From Gekko japonicus (taxonomy: Eukaryota), in NCBI RefSeq assembly GCF_001447785.1, contig NW_015175364.1:551512-615511 (forward strand): a stretch of DNA of 64,000 nt, in the 5' to 3' direction. This document shows positions 1-12,433 of the stretch, one piece after another. A model generated the notes under the pieces. The model searched no databases. It worked only from the letters and a program-made list of their open reading frames with translations, and was not told the DNA's origin. Made by a program: the position numbers and the translations under genes. Positions within the stretch are counted from its first letter, which is position 1, and each line of letters opens with the position of its first letter.

Positions 1-1039
1 TTCCCCTTATCCTCAGCACGGTGCCCTGTTTCCCCTAGACCCTCATGCTCCCTGACAGCAGCGGGGCTGCCAGATCCAGAGTGGGACGTAGCTAACAAGT
101 CCCCGAGAGTCTTTTCTGTGTGCCTAGCTGACTGTCTCTGCTTCTCCAGGTCAGCCACCTTGGCCTCAAGGGAGCACACACGTTCCCTGAGAACCAGGAG
201 CTCCTTGCACCGAGGACACACCCAAGACTTCTGCCCAGTGGGCAGATAGTCATACATGTGACACTCCGTGCAAAACACTGGATAGCCCCCAACCCCCTGC
301 TGGCATTCTGGCTTCATAATTCTTTTAAAATAAATAAATATAATCCCCCTTTTAAACCCTTGGTATTTATGTGGTTTTTGTTATCAAAGTCAAATTATTT
401 TACGGGAAAGACAAAGAACCTAGGGCCTTGTCTTTCTGGCTCTTTTTGGGCTTCTTACAGAGCCCCTAGTCTAAGAGCCAGTGTTTCCTTAAATAGAGGC
501 CTCCCCCAGCAGAGGTCAGGCAGCAGCTATTCAAATTCAAATTCACCCAGGCACTCAATCACAGGCAAAACAATGCCCCTTCCACTTCCTCTCAATTACA
601 GGCAATCCCAGTCAAACAATGCCCGTTCCTCTCCCACACTCAATCAGCCAGGACTCTGCAAGAACTCTAAGTGCTTCCACACACTGCTAAACACAGTTTT
701 CCCACAAAATATCCTTAGCTGAATTCTCTCAGCTGAAAGCAAGTAAAAGAAACCCACTCACCTCTCTCACAGCTCTCTCTCCTGCTCCTGCTCAGAGCTC
801 AGCTATTTTGTATAATAATGAAGTAACTTGCTAATAACATAGCAAAATTATTATTTGATTATAATTGATAACATCACAACACAAATCGTTGCATGTGAAT
901 ATGACATGTTTTAATTCTAAAACAACATATAAAATATAGATAATACCTCCAGGTAGTCAGCCGTGTTGGTCTGATCATTCTCAGAAGTGGAGATGAATGG
1001 TTAACCACCATTATAAATATCTATGGCACTTTACATCGT

Positions 1040-1226
1040 ATTTTTCCATGTGGGCTTCTTTCCGTGTGGGCTTTTTTCTGTGTGGGCTTTTATGTGTATG
1101 GGCTTTTTTCCTCGTGGGCTTATTAACATGCAGGCATTTTTCCATGTGGGCTTTTTTCCTGTGAGCATTTATGATCGTGGGGTTTTTCTGTGGGCTTTTT
1201 TCCTGCGAGCTTTTTTCATAGAACCT
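1040..1226. repeat. ~16-bp minisatellite (TTTTTCCGTGTGGGC-like) ending TAGAACC; probable Mutator-like transposon terminus
   Basis: About 11 degenerate tandem units. The MULE assignment is inferred from the architecture. Confidence 0.5.
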
Positions 1227-1269
1227 GGAAGGTGAGGCATCTGGACAGCCATTCTTGGCTGCCAGATGA

Positions 1270-1470
1270 ACATGGGCAGCTTCCTTTATACTGAGTCAAA
1301 CTATTAGTCTGTCAGTATTGTCTGCTCTGACAGCAGCTTTCTGTGGTCTCTGGTATAGGTATTTCACATCACTTACTACTTGATCCTTTTAACTGAGGAT
1401 TCCAGGGGTCAAATCTAGCTGGGACTTTCTGCTTGCTATGCAGATGCTCTGCCTCTCAACCAAAACTGTC
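1270..1470 (-). mobile_element. Old tRNA-derived SINE with CR1-like tail (related copies ~22130-22325 +, ~46610-46750 -, ~54090-54225 -)
   Basis: Shared motifs GCAGAAGGTCCCAGG / AGTTAAAAGGATC / CAGTATAA..GCAGC across copies. Confidence 0.55.
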
Positions 1471-1520
1471 TCCTCTTCACAGGTCTGCTTGCTGCCTTAC
1501 AGCCCCATTTCCCATGTTGT

Positions 1521-1712
1521 GCCTGACCTGGATAGCCCAGGCTAGCCCGATCTTGTCAGATCTCGGAAGCTAAGCAGCCCAAATCCCCTCGTGTGGACGG
1601 GACCAGGGTCAACCTTCGCTAGTATCTGAAAGGGTGACCTCCAAGGAATACCAGGGGTGTGATGCAGAGGCAACAATGGCAAACCACCTCTGAAACATCT
1701 CTTCCCTTAAAA
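1521..1712 (+). mobile_element. 5S rRNA-derived SINE (SINE3-type) with RTE-like body
   Basis: GCCCGATCTTGTCAGATCTCGGAAGCTAAGCAG matches 5S rRNA and is followed by the AATGGCAAACCACCTCTG body; ~25-bp insertion near 1578-1603. Confidence 0.85.
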
Positions 1713-1799
1713 ACAAGTATAGCTCACCACTTAGTGATACATAACGCTAAAAGAGCTAGAACTTCTAGCTGCCAGACAAGTTTAGGCTCTCCTGGCTAC

Positions 1800-2050
1800 T
1801 CCAGTTTGGTGTAGTGGTTAAGATGGCAGACTCTAATCTGGAGAACTAGGTTTGATTCCCCACTCATCCACATGAAGCCCACTGGGTGATCTTGGGTCAG
1901 TCACAGCTCTCTCAGAGCTGTTCTCTCAAGAGCAGTTCTCTCAGAGCTCTCTCAGCCCCACCTACCTCACATGGTGTCTGTTGAGGGGAGAGGAAAGGAA
2001 GGAGATTGTAACCCACTCTAAAACTCTGAGTGAAGGGCGGGGTATAAATA
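1800..2050 (+). mobile_element. tRNA-derived SINE (Squam3-like)
   Basis: Box A TGGTGTAGTGG, box B GGTTTGATTCC, L2-like tail GAAGGGCGGGGTATAAAT; many near-identical copies in the window. Confidence 0.85.
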
Positions 2051-4734
2051 ATAATAATCCCAATTATATATTGTCAGATGTAACCCCAAACTAATGCTTC
2101 CTCCAGACTAGCAAGACCTTGGCTAAGCATATAGTTCCATACTTAATTAAAGAAGATATCCCTAGTAAAGCCCCCCCCCCCAGGTTTGTGATTACTCCAC
2201 CTGCCTATATCTTAGGGCACCAGCTCTCTGCAATGTTTTACCACCATCCCAAATCTCCAGCTAACTGTTGAGCTTCAGCTTTCTATTAGAGCCCTAATTA
2301 TTCTTTTTTCCCCTTTATCTCATCATTTCTTTTACCAGAATTCTAGTTTATCCTACTTTTCCCCCTTAAGTTTTGTCAAGTCTGTATATTCTGTCTTCCT
2401 CACAGCTATTCTTCCATGCTCATGAGGTTTTACAACATAGGAGGATGAGGAAAAGAGGGAACAGCCATTTCAGCACTTTCTATTAATTTCCTACATGTGA
2501 TATTTGCTCATTTTTGGAGATCATTTTTGAAGTTATTTTTATGATCATTCATGAGGAATGCCATTTTACACCCTGCCTAACCAATGAAACTATTATGCCA
2601 GTAAGGATTGCCCATTGTACAAGCTAAAGATTGTGATCCTCTGCAAGAATCACCACCTATTCAGCAAAACAGTATTTGATTATATGGGCTTGAGCAGTTG
2701 CTAGGGATTTTCCTTTCATAAAGGGATTTCCTTTATTTGAAGGCACTTCTGGGACAAGAGAGTCTTAATGGCCACCAGAGAGGTACAGACAAACCAATGA
2801 AAAGACAGGTGGTCTCCAAAATATTCATCACTGAGCCTGTTTTTTCGTTTAGCCTTCTCTATTGTAAAGTCAGCCCATGCCTAAGAATTTGAATAGACAT
2901 GATCAGCATAGAAACAGAGAAGCCTCTGGGAATGGCACAAGGGGATAAGTCAGCATAAATCACAAGGTAACACTTCATTTTCACTGCTCAGACATCAGTG
3001 AAGCACATGATACTCCCTGAAAACACACTATGCTTACGGCTGGAACCTGTTTAAGTCACACACCAAGAAACTGTACAGCAGCCAATCCTTGTTGTAAGTG
3101 TTTTGTGTCATTTTTGCAGGGAGGGGAGACCCCGGTCTACACACAAAGAACTGTAGAATCACTTGAAGGTGACCTTTAAAAAAAATAAGAAAGAATTTGA
3201 GCTGCGCAGCTTTTGATTACGTAACACTTTCTCTTTGGAATTGGATTATTGTTTTTTAAAAATCTGAAAGGAAATGATATACTCTTTCATACATATATAC
3301 AACCACCAAATTGGTAGAGCAGGGATGTGGAGGTAGCCTTAGCTCACTTCAGTAATGTAATGAAGAGATTGTGTGATTGCCTTGCCACACAGCTGCATTC
3401 TAACTCAGCCCATCTTTACTGCATTAACCAGACAGATGTCCAAATTCTGTTGAGAAATAATACAGAAATGTGGTCCAGGTTGCAAACTGGGCATCTGGAA
3501 AAGCAATTACTCCTCCTGTATGTTAAGCAAGTAGTGAGTAACATGACCGTGTTGTATGTTCCTTTCACTGTCATTGACTGTGCAACAACAGCAAGTCCAG
3601 CTTATTACTTCAATGACAAAAAGACTTTGTTTACTCCTCATAACCCAACAACTAGTCCAATAATGAGCTGATTCATCATACTGACACCCATGTAAATGCC
3701 CCAGGAGTGCATAATATCACCAGTGGGCATCATTTGTGTAATCTAGCACCTCCATATGGGTTCTGTATATACTGCCACTCTGGTTTATGCAATTGCAATG
3801 TTATTTTTTTAAGGCACTGAGGCTTCACATCTTCTCTTAGGTGCTTATATAGTCCCATCTACAGATGCTACTTCCCACCATGCCTCTACAGAGGCAGGGC
3901 ATCACAAGAAGCTCCCTGCACTTCTGAGCCTGACACAAAAGGGGCGCCACTGCAAGTGTTAACTAGCTACTTCCAAACAAAATTGTTGAGTGCCTCCAGT
4001 GAAGCTGACTTCACTCACTGATTTGCTTCACTGATCTAGATCTAAAAGTGACACACCTAATATAGAAGGGTGGCTGCATGCAAGGCTCCAAGGGAAAATG
4101 TCTACATTATGGCAGCTGCCTTCAGAGGTCACACAGTCTTTGTTCATTTTAAATGAGTAACCCACCATATCCACAAAAAGTGAAAGGTAAGGAAACAAAA
4201 GCAATATGGTCCCAGCACAAAATTACAAAATCCCGTCACTGTAAACTAGCATTGAAAGTTCACCCCCTTCTGCTGAGCCATGAAAGTAAAGACCACCTAT
4301 TATTTATGACCCGGGTAAACATAGAAAGACACACGTACGCAATGGTCACATATAACAATCGCTACATGTTAATGTCTACATAGAAGTACTTTTAATGACT
4401 GTTTCAAGTGGTTCTATGAAATGTGTCATTGGTATTTGGCACAAGAACTGGCAGATAGTTGCTCCCTTTCATACTGGCTCCCTTTCTTACCTTTACTCAC
4501 ATTATCAGAATGAGGGCTACTCCATGCACCCAGTTACACACATTGGAACAATATAAGGTACTGGGAGAGGACATAGTGAACAGTTCTGTATATGTTTCAA
4601 CTCAAATCACACTGTAGTTAACCATTTTCTAAATCAATTCCAAATGTAAAGTTTTCCAAATCATTGTCCAAACTACAGCCTAGTCAGTAACAATATCATA
4701 CAAGTCAACTTATGGTGGTTTAACCAATGTTTTC

Positions 4735-6120
4735 TGTTGTTCAGTCGCACAGTCGAGTCCAACTCTTCACGACCCCATGGACCAGATCACGCCAGGCCCT
4801 CCGGTCTTCCACCGTCCTCTGAAGTTTGCTCAATTTCATGTTCGTTACATCTATGACACTGTCTACCCATCTCATCCTTTGCCATCCCCATCTTCTTTGA
4901 CCTTCAATCTTTCCCAGCATCAGGGTCTTCTCCAGTGAGTGCTCCCTCCTCATTGGGCAGCCAAAGTATTTGAGCTTCAGATTCATTATCTGGCCTTCCA
5001 GGGAACAATCAGGGTTGATTTGATCTTCTTGCAGTCCAAGGGACTTCTCCAGCACCATAGTTCAAAAGAATCTATTCTTCGGCGCTCGGCCTTCCTTATA
5101 GTCCAACTCTCGCAGCCATACATGACTACTGGGAATACCATTTGACCATGCGGACTTTTGTTGGCAGGGTGATGTCTCTACTTTTTTTATGCTGTTTAGG
5201 TTCGCCATCGCTTTCCTCCCAAGGAGCAGGCGTCTTTTAATTTCATGGCTGCTGTCACAGTCTGCGGTGATCTGGGATCCCAGGAACGTGAAGTCTGTCA
5301 CTACATCCACGACTTCCCCTTCTATTTGCCAAGGAGTGATGGGGCCGGATGCCATGATCTTAGTTTTTTTGATGTTGAGCTTCAAGCCCACTTTTGCGCT
5401 CTCCTCTTTTACCCTGAGCAAGAGGCTCTTGAGGTCCTCTTCACTTTCTGCCATCAGAGTGGTATCGTCTGCATATCTGAGGTTGTTGATCTTTTCCCCA
5501 GCAATCTTAATTCCCGCTTGTGATTCATCCAGGCCAGCATTTCGCATGATGTACTCTGCATATATATTAAATAAGCAAGGCGACAATATACATCCTTGTC
5601 GTACTCCTTTTCCTATGCTAAACCAATCAGTTGTTCCATATCCGGTTCTAACTGTCGCTTCTTGGCCCTTATACAGGTTTCTCAAGAGACATGTGAGGTG
5701 GTCTGGTACTCCCATCTCTTTAAGGACCTGCCATAGTTTGTTGTGATCCACACAGTCAAAAGCTTTAGCATAGTCAATGAAGCAGAAGTAGATATTTTTC
5801 TGGTACTCTCTTGCTTTCTCCATAATCCAGCGAATGTTGGCAATTTGATCTCTAGTTCCTCTACCTCTTCGAAACCCAGCTTGTACTTCTGGCAGTTCTC
5901 TATCCATGTACTGTTGAAGCCTAGCTTGTAGGATCTTGAGCATGACCTTGCTAGCGTGTGATATGAGTGCAATTGTGTGATAGTTTGAACATTCCTTGGC
6001 ATTGCCCTTCTTTGGGATTGGAATGTATACTGACCTTTTCCAATCCTGTGGCCACTGTTGCGTTTTCCAAATTTGCTGGCAAATTGAATGCAGCACTTTA
6101 ACAGCATCATCTTTTAAGAC
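4735..6120 (-). mobile_element. RTE-BovB LINE, 5'-truncated, frameshifted reverse transcriptase
   Basis: ORF 5062..6156 has RT motifs (QAGFRRGRGTRDQI, FIDYAKAFD, GVRQGCILSP, NLRYADD). ORF 4741..5058 gives the BovB C-terminus (LKYFG..MRR..SLEKTLMLGKIEG). (CAA)n-type tail. Confidence 0.95.
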
Positions 6121-7142
6121 TTTGTTTAAGACTTTGTTTAAGACCATTGTTGCCATCTTGTTAAAAAAAAAAAAAAAAAGGTTGCAGAGTACCTTTGGGT
6201 GGTGACAAATCTGGACTAAGAGCCAAAGGAGCTAGGCATAAGGCTAATCATCACTTGCACGAAGCAATAAGAGACTTGCCAGTTCTTTCCTAACCATGTA
6301 GGCTTTTCACATTTCTGGGCCTTTAGTGTTCAGTCCTCCCTAGATTGGCAACATCTACTGGCAAGTGAACAATACATTTCAACATATTTTGCTGCCATAT
6401 TTCAGCTACATAGTCTTACTAAGGCAGATTTTCAATATTGCCTTTTCATCCTTGTGCTAATTTCTCTGAAGAAGAAACTTTATTTCAGCTTCGTAGCTTA
6501 AATGACTTGATTTGGTTTCTACATCTCAGTAACTGCATTCTCAACAAATGCTGATGGCACACTGCACTCCAACGCCCACTGATTCAGATTTTCTCTGGAC
6601 TTTGAGTAATGTTTGTCCAGTGCTGTATCTGCTGGAGTACATCAGTACTATTTGCATTTTTACTTAATGATTTCTTTAAGAATGTAAGTGGACACCAAGG
6701 CAAGGAAGTCACAATGATGTCTGCTATTGTTTCTGTCTCCAATGACTTTAGCCTTCTGGCATTCATGTTGATATTTTAGTTTATACACTCCGTCATTGTT
6801 TTGTTTACAGATTAACATTGTTATGGGCCCTCTTAAATAATACTTGCCTTACCCTCCTCTTCTCCAAGTAATGAGTCTCTAAGCCATTTCACATCCACTA
6901 CTCCAACAAAGAAGCAGCATACATTTTCCATTTGGAACAATCATAATCAGGGGCAAATTTGGGGCTGCAGCAATATCAGTAAGAAATGGAAAATGCCATT
7001 TTCCAGTTATGAGAAAAACAAAAAGATTCTGCATAGGACAAATGTTCATGTCCATAATAAAATAGTTTCTTCATCTTTACATCCATCATGAAAGTAGGGC
7101 AGCCAGTATTGGAAGAACACATAAGGCCTGACTTTCTGTCTG

Positions 7143-7189
7143 TTGTTGTTGTTGTTCAGTCGCACAATCGAGTCCGACTCTTCGCAACC
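7143..7189 (-). mobile_element. Ultra-short BovB 3' end with (CAA)n tail
   Basis: Matches the tail of the 4735 copy; 7-bp TSD CTGTCTG at 7136-7142 and 7190-7196. Confidence 0.8.
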
Positions 7190-9587
7190 CTGTCTGACTG
7201 CATGCTAAAGAGGCACACCATGGTTTTCAAGGCCTGTATAATTTCATAGGCATATTATAAACTATTACCATTATGCATGTCTATCCTTCCCACTCTGTGA
7301 TCTCATATGCTAGCCTGGTATTCTATTATACCAGCTACATGTGGCCCTGAATATAGCCAGCCCATGAAACTATTTAAAGGTGTGATTATTCCTACAATTA
7401 TTTACTCCATTCCAAACCCACTGATGAGAGTAACTGTGCATCATATTGCACTTGTTAGACCTCTTTCCAAAATGATGCCAACACATGTCATGGGACAGCA
7501 GGAAAGTAGTAAAGTACAATATGTACATGCTTGAACAAAGAAAGAAAAATAACTATGGGAGAGAAGAAGGGAAGGGATGCAGGGGAGAAGGCATGTAGAA
7601 TGCTTACCTACTGCCTGCTCAAACACAGAAGTATAACAGGCACAACCCACTCACCCGACACACACACACACACACACAAACCACCATCACCACAAGGAGA
7701 GTTTGTAGCAAGGTACTCCTTTTGGAACCCAGTTGCCCAGACTAATAAAACAGGACTGACCTATGACGAAGAGAAGGCAGGGCAAGCCACACCCCTGGTG
7801 TACTCTGACCTATTGGTATTTAGCAATGAGGTTCTAGCTGTTCTACTTGAAGCTCCAACCTGTGTCCAGAGTTTACTAGTAGCAATTGGGCTAAAGCAGG
7901 AAAAAAGGAGGGATGGGAAGGGGGAGTCTTACCCTAACATAAGGAGTTGACAGGTCTGCTTTTGCATCTTGTTGGAATGTTCCATGCAGCTAGGGCTGGT
8001 TCTCTGGCTATGCCACTCAAGGAATTTCTCAAAGGGTGCTGATGATACATCACAGAGGTTCAACTTGTGCCTGGCTGCAGGAGTGTGGAAAGTGACTGTC
8101 ATCCCCTCCTGGGTCTGTGCCACTTCTGGCCATGTTCAGTGGCTGCATAGCTCAGGAAGTGACTGCTGAACGTTGCTGGGATGACAAAATCCATTCCACC
8201 GGCCTGTATGCCACCATCATCTTGACAGCTTGCAGACAACCAAGCAGGCATTCTGATGATGATAGCAAGCCCACTAACTGGGTGGCCTTTCAGCCACTGC
8301 ACCTGTTCAGCACTACAATGAGCTCATTTTTTAAATGAATCCATGTCTTCCCTCAGAACAAAGTTGCAGACTGGAAGTGCCAGTAGGATACAACTGTATC
8401 AAAGCTACCTCTTAACAAGATTCTGATTTATTTATTTTTTAAAAATACTAACATTGATTGATTACTATGTATTCTCAAAAGAATCCACGAACATCCCCAT
8501 GGAGCTCAGCAGCTTCCTGTTCCAAATTCTTAAATTTTGTCCCACATTTGTGAAGTAGAGGCCTATGTAGAAAGAACAACTCTTAGTTGAAGGATTGTTT
8601 TAAGACAAAAAAAATTCTCTCGAAGTCTACCCATCTCCTTGGTAAAATAGTTCATCTGTTTCATGGAGTGTTTTACTAATTACATACACGTCCCACCAAA
8701 AGGGAAATACCTTCTGAATAAGGACTATTCAGTACTAGTACGGGATTTCCTCTTGTTGTTGATAGCTTCCTCTAAAAAGAGGATGCAATAATGCCTAAAG
8801 AAAATTCAAAAAGAGAACCACAGACAGCGAGGCATCAATACCAAGCAGGGGACATTGTTTAATTTAATTGATGTTTTCCTTACAAAATAATACAGAGAAA
8901 ATCTATTTTTAACATGTCTTAGGACGCTACCCTCACTTCTCCGTCATGCAGTGTATTAGCCTGAACTAAGAAATGACTACCTGTACTGAAAGACTACAGT
9001 CCTCTATTTACAAGGGAGTAACTTCCACTCCACTCAGCAGAGTTTATTTCCAAGTAAACATAAGGCTGGCATGGGTCTTGGTGTGAGAAAAGGGGTGCAC
9101 TGAAAGCACCTGATGAATGAGCACCCTGTGGCTATCTCGAAACAGCTGAGCTGCACCTCTGGCAATTCTCTTGGCATTCTCATCATCTTTTGATACCAAA
9201 ATGGTAAGTTCTCCATAGCAAACAGTGAGCAATGAATCAGTACAATGTATGGTGCTGGATTTCATTTATTTGGCAGGACCACCAACGTATAAAATAATTT
9301 ACATAAACGAAAGAAACCTAATCTCACCCTTAAGGACTATAAACTATAAAGTGAAATAGTACTGACTATAATGGCTGTGGTGGTGGAAAGTGCGGTTGTG
9401 ACGACCCCTTATTTGGGGAGGTCTGGTTTCCCTTTAAAAGTGTTCTTTATGTTTTGCTCTCAGGGTAATCTGGCCACCACCAGGAAAATTTAAGGCTTTC
9501 CACCCCTTTATACTAATATATTTCTTCTTCTGGTTTGGTATTGTGACCCAGGGTCTGGGCTTTCGAAGGACTATGTGTTTCCTGGGA

Positions 9588-9692
9588 AGAGAGGTGGTTT
9601 GCCATTGCCTGCCACTGGCGTTGTGACCCTAGACTTCCATGGTGATCTCCAATCCAAGTACTAACCAGAGCCAATGTAGCTTCTGAGATGAT
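9588..9692 (-). mobile_element. 5S-derived SINE, 3' part (5' part continues at 9891-9936 and 11451-11491)
   Basis: GAGGTGGTTTGCCATTGCC body plus the reverse complement of the 5S box C region. Split by later insertions. Confidence 0.75.
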
Positions 9693-9890
9693 TGACAACA
9701 AACAAGGTAAACAGAATAACAAGCAAAAGATGGGTGTGGCTGGATAACCACACTTCTGGTAACATGGGGATGCGGCCTAATGTGCGAATGAGCTGTGCTG
9801 TCAGGGGTGTGGCCCAATATGCTAATGAGTTCCTGATGTTGGGTGTGGCTAATGAGTTCCTGCTGGGCTTTTTCTACAAAAAGAGCCCTG
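9693..9890 (+). mobile_element. One-ended hAT MITE fragment (GGGTGTGGC/ATGCTAATGAG subterminal repeats, right TIR ...AAAAGAGCCCTG)
   Basis: The right end resembles the family at 15976/25080; no left TIR. Confidence 0.7.
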
Positions 9891-10399
9891 CTCCCATCCA
9901 AGTACTAACCAGAGCCAACGCAGCTTCTGAGATGATATAAGGTTGGGACAAAAAAAATCCCAGCTTCAAGTATAGGTTTTTGAGGTCTGAACTTGCTGAG
10001 ACTGAGAGGGAAAAAGATCTTGGGACTGTAGTAGATAGTTCAATGGAAGTGTCAACCCAGTACGTTGCAGTGGTGAAAAAAGTAAATTCTGTGTTAGGTA
10101 TTATTAGGAAAGGGATTGAAAATAAAACATCTGATATTATATTATAATGCCCCTGTATAGGTCTATAGTGTGGCCTCATTCGGAATGCTGTGTACAGTTC
10201 TGGTTACTGTATCTCCAAAAGGACATTGTACAGCTGGAAAAAGTACAGAGGAGGGCAACCAAGGGGGCTGGAGCCCCTTCCGTATGAAGAAAGGCTGAAG
10301 GGTCTAGGACATTTCAGTTTAGAAAAGAGACGACTAAAGGGAGACATGATAGAGGTCTAAGAGCTTATGCATGGAGCGGAAAGAGAGGTAGTGCTAATA

Positions 10400-10610
10400 A
10401 AAAATGTCATTGAGTCACAAGTGACTTATGGCAACCTCGTAGGGGTTTCAAGGCAAGAAATGTTCAGAGATGGTTTACCAGTGCCTGCCTCTGTATCGCA
10501 ACCCTGGTATTCCTTGGAGCCCTCCCATCCACATATTATTCAGAGTTGACCCTGCTTAGTTTCTGAGATCTGACAAGATACAGCTAGCCTGGGCTGTCCA
10601 GGTCAGGGCT
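10400..10610 (-). mobile_element. 5S-derived SINE nested in CR1
   Basis: Reverse complement of GCCCTGACCTGGACAGCCCAGGCTAGC..TCTTGTCAGATCTCAGAAACTAAGCAGGG..GGATGGGAGG plus RTE-like tail. Confidence 0.85.
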
Positions 10611-10887
10611 TTTCAAATATAATTTTTCTCCCTTTCCCAAGATACTAGAACTTGAGGTCATCCAATGAACCAGATGGACAGTAGATTCAGAACAGACGAA
10701 AGGAAATATTTATGTACACAGCCAGTGATTAAAATGTGGAATTCACAGCTGGAGGATGTAGTGATGGCCACAGGCATAGACAGTTTTAATAGGGGATTAA
10801 AATCACAGAATTATAGAGTTGGAAGGGACCTCCAGGTGCTGGAAAGATTCCTGGAGAAGAAGTCTATCAGAGGCCATGGTGACTAAA

Positions 10888-11250
10888 GGTAAAGGTTTCC
10901 CTTGCTCGAAAGCCAGTCGAATCTGACTCTAGGGGGTGGTGCTCATCTCCATTTCCAAGTCGAAGGGGCAGCACTGTCTGAAGGCATTTCCGTGGTCATG
11001 TGGCCGGCATGACTAAATGCCAAGGTGTACAGAAACCTATTACCTTCCCACCAATGTGGTACCTATTTATCTACTTGCAATTTCTTGCTTTCGAACTGCT
11101 AAGTTGGCAGGAGCTGGGGCCAGAGATGGGCGCTCACTCCATCACGCAGCACTAGGGTCTCAAACTGCAAAACTACAGACCTCTTGAATCACTAAACTAC
11201 AGATTTTCTGGTCTCCAGCTCAACGCCTTAACCTCTGAGCCACCACAGTT
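10888..11250 (-). mobile_element. Sauria SINE (Squam1-type) nested in CR1
   Basis: (ACCTTT)n tail, central GTAGATAAATAGGTACC domain; 12-bp TSD ATGGTGACTAAA at 10876-10887 and 11251-11262. Confidence 0.9.
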
Positions 11251-11536
11251 ATGGTGACTAAATGGAATTCCAAATTCAGTGGCAGTCAGCCATTGAATTC
11301 CAGTGCCAGGAGGCAACATCAGGGGAAGGCCTTGGCCTCTATGCTCTGCAGTTGGTCCTACAGAGGAAATGGTTAGCCACTTTGTGAGACAGGATGCTGG
11401 ACTAGATGGACCACTAGTCTGATCCAGCAGGGCTGTTCTTATGTTCTTATGAGATCGGATCGGGCTATCCTAGGCTATCCAGGTCAGGGCACATAATGGC
11501 AATATACCAATAATTTAACCAGAATGATCAGATCAG

Positions 11537-11848
11537 AAACATTATGTTAACAACCAAGAGATCCCAGGGCAAAAACCATTACAGAAACTGAATGCAGTCT
11601 GAACATCACTTTCTTCATAATCCTTTATACAATTAACATTTTGATTGTGGTTTTGGAGTGGACTTTGAATGTAAATAATCATGAAATGGCAAACATTATG
11701 TTAACAACCAAGAGATCCCAGGGCAAAAACCATTACAGAAACTGAATGCAGTCTGAACATCACTTTCTTCATAATCCTTTATACAATTAATATTTTGATT
11801 GTGGTTTTGGAGTGGACTTTGAATGTAAATAATCATGACACATGGCAA
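11537..11848. repeat. Tandem duplication, 154-bp unit, nearly identical copies
   Basis: Unit starts AAACATTATGTTAAC at 11537 and 11691. Confidence 0.95.
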
Positions 11849-11852
11849 TACT

Positions 11853-12118
11853 TGTTGTGTACACTGACCACCACCAGGGGCCAGCGAACACCCCAGAGCT
11901 TGGCTCTGGAGAACAATGGGGACAAGGCTCCTGGTCTCTCCACTGGGGGACCAATGAGACTTTGGCGGGAGGTTTAAACCCACCAACTGGACCTAGGGGG
12001 TGGTCCCCAGGCTGTACATAGTTGGCCAGCCAGCAGTTAGTCGTTAGTCTTGTGTCCAGTGAACCATGCGGTCACCACCTCGGCCGCAGAGGTTCTAGCA
12101 TGCGTTAAACCCACTACA
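11853..12118 (+). mobile_element. Probable solo LTR
   Basis: TGTTGTG...CACTACA termini, internal TTTAAA, flanks CAATACT / CAATAATACT. Confidence 0.45.
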
Positions 12119-12433
12119 CAATAATACTGAATTTGGTTTAGGTTTTTTCCCCTTTCTATGAATGGGTTGTTAATAGGCTGCTTGTCTTACTGAATTTAGA
12201 TGAGACATCTCCCTTATAAATAAAAGCCAAATGGTGGTGGCACTTCTCTAGAACATTACACACGCTCCAAAATCAGTTCGCTCTCTGATCTGTCATTCAG
12301 AGGGTCTCCCTATCCACTGGCTGCTTTGAGTCAGGGCTTCAGAGCACGGGAGAGGCTGCAGGTGTGTGTGGGGTGGAAAGCTGAAGAGTGAAGGGGAAAT
12401 AAAGGTAGGTTGATGATTGGCTGGGAAGGAGAT

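Larger units (their letters stand above)
9937..11451 (+). mobile_element. CR1 LINE 3' portion, interrupted by nested SINEs
   Basis: CR1 ORF2 C-terminal sequence ([30 protein letters not shown]) and terminal TTCTTATGTTCTTATG repeat. Confidence 0.9.

Noticed and set aside
257-805. Possible LTR; also 154-aa ORF 258..722
   Set aside because: Only one plausible terminus and no TSD; the ORF has no domain signal. Similar weak LTR-like stretches at ~18920-19250, 38800-39230 and 52990-53436 were left uncalled.
1040-1226. CRISPR-like array
   Set aside because: Vertebrate DNA; degenerate tandem units without unique spacers; no cas genes.
1521-1660. 5S rRNA gene
   Set aside because: The 5' end is replaced, it is interrupted, it lacks the oligo-T terminator and it is fused to a SINE body; it is a retroposed derivative.
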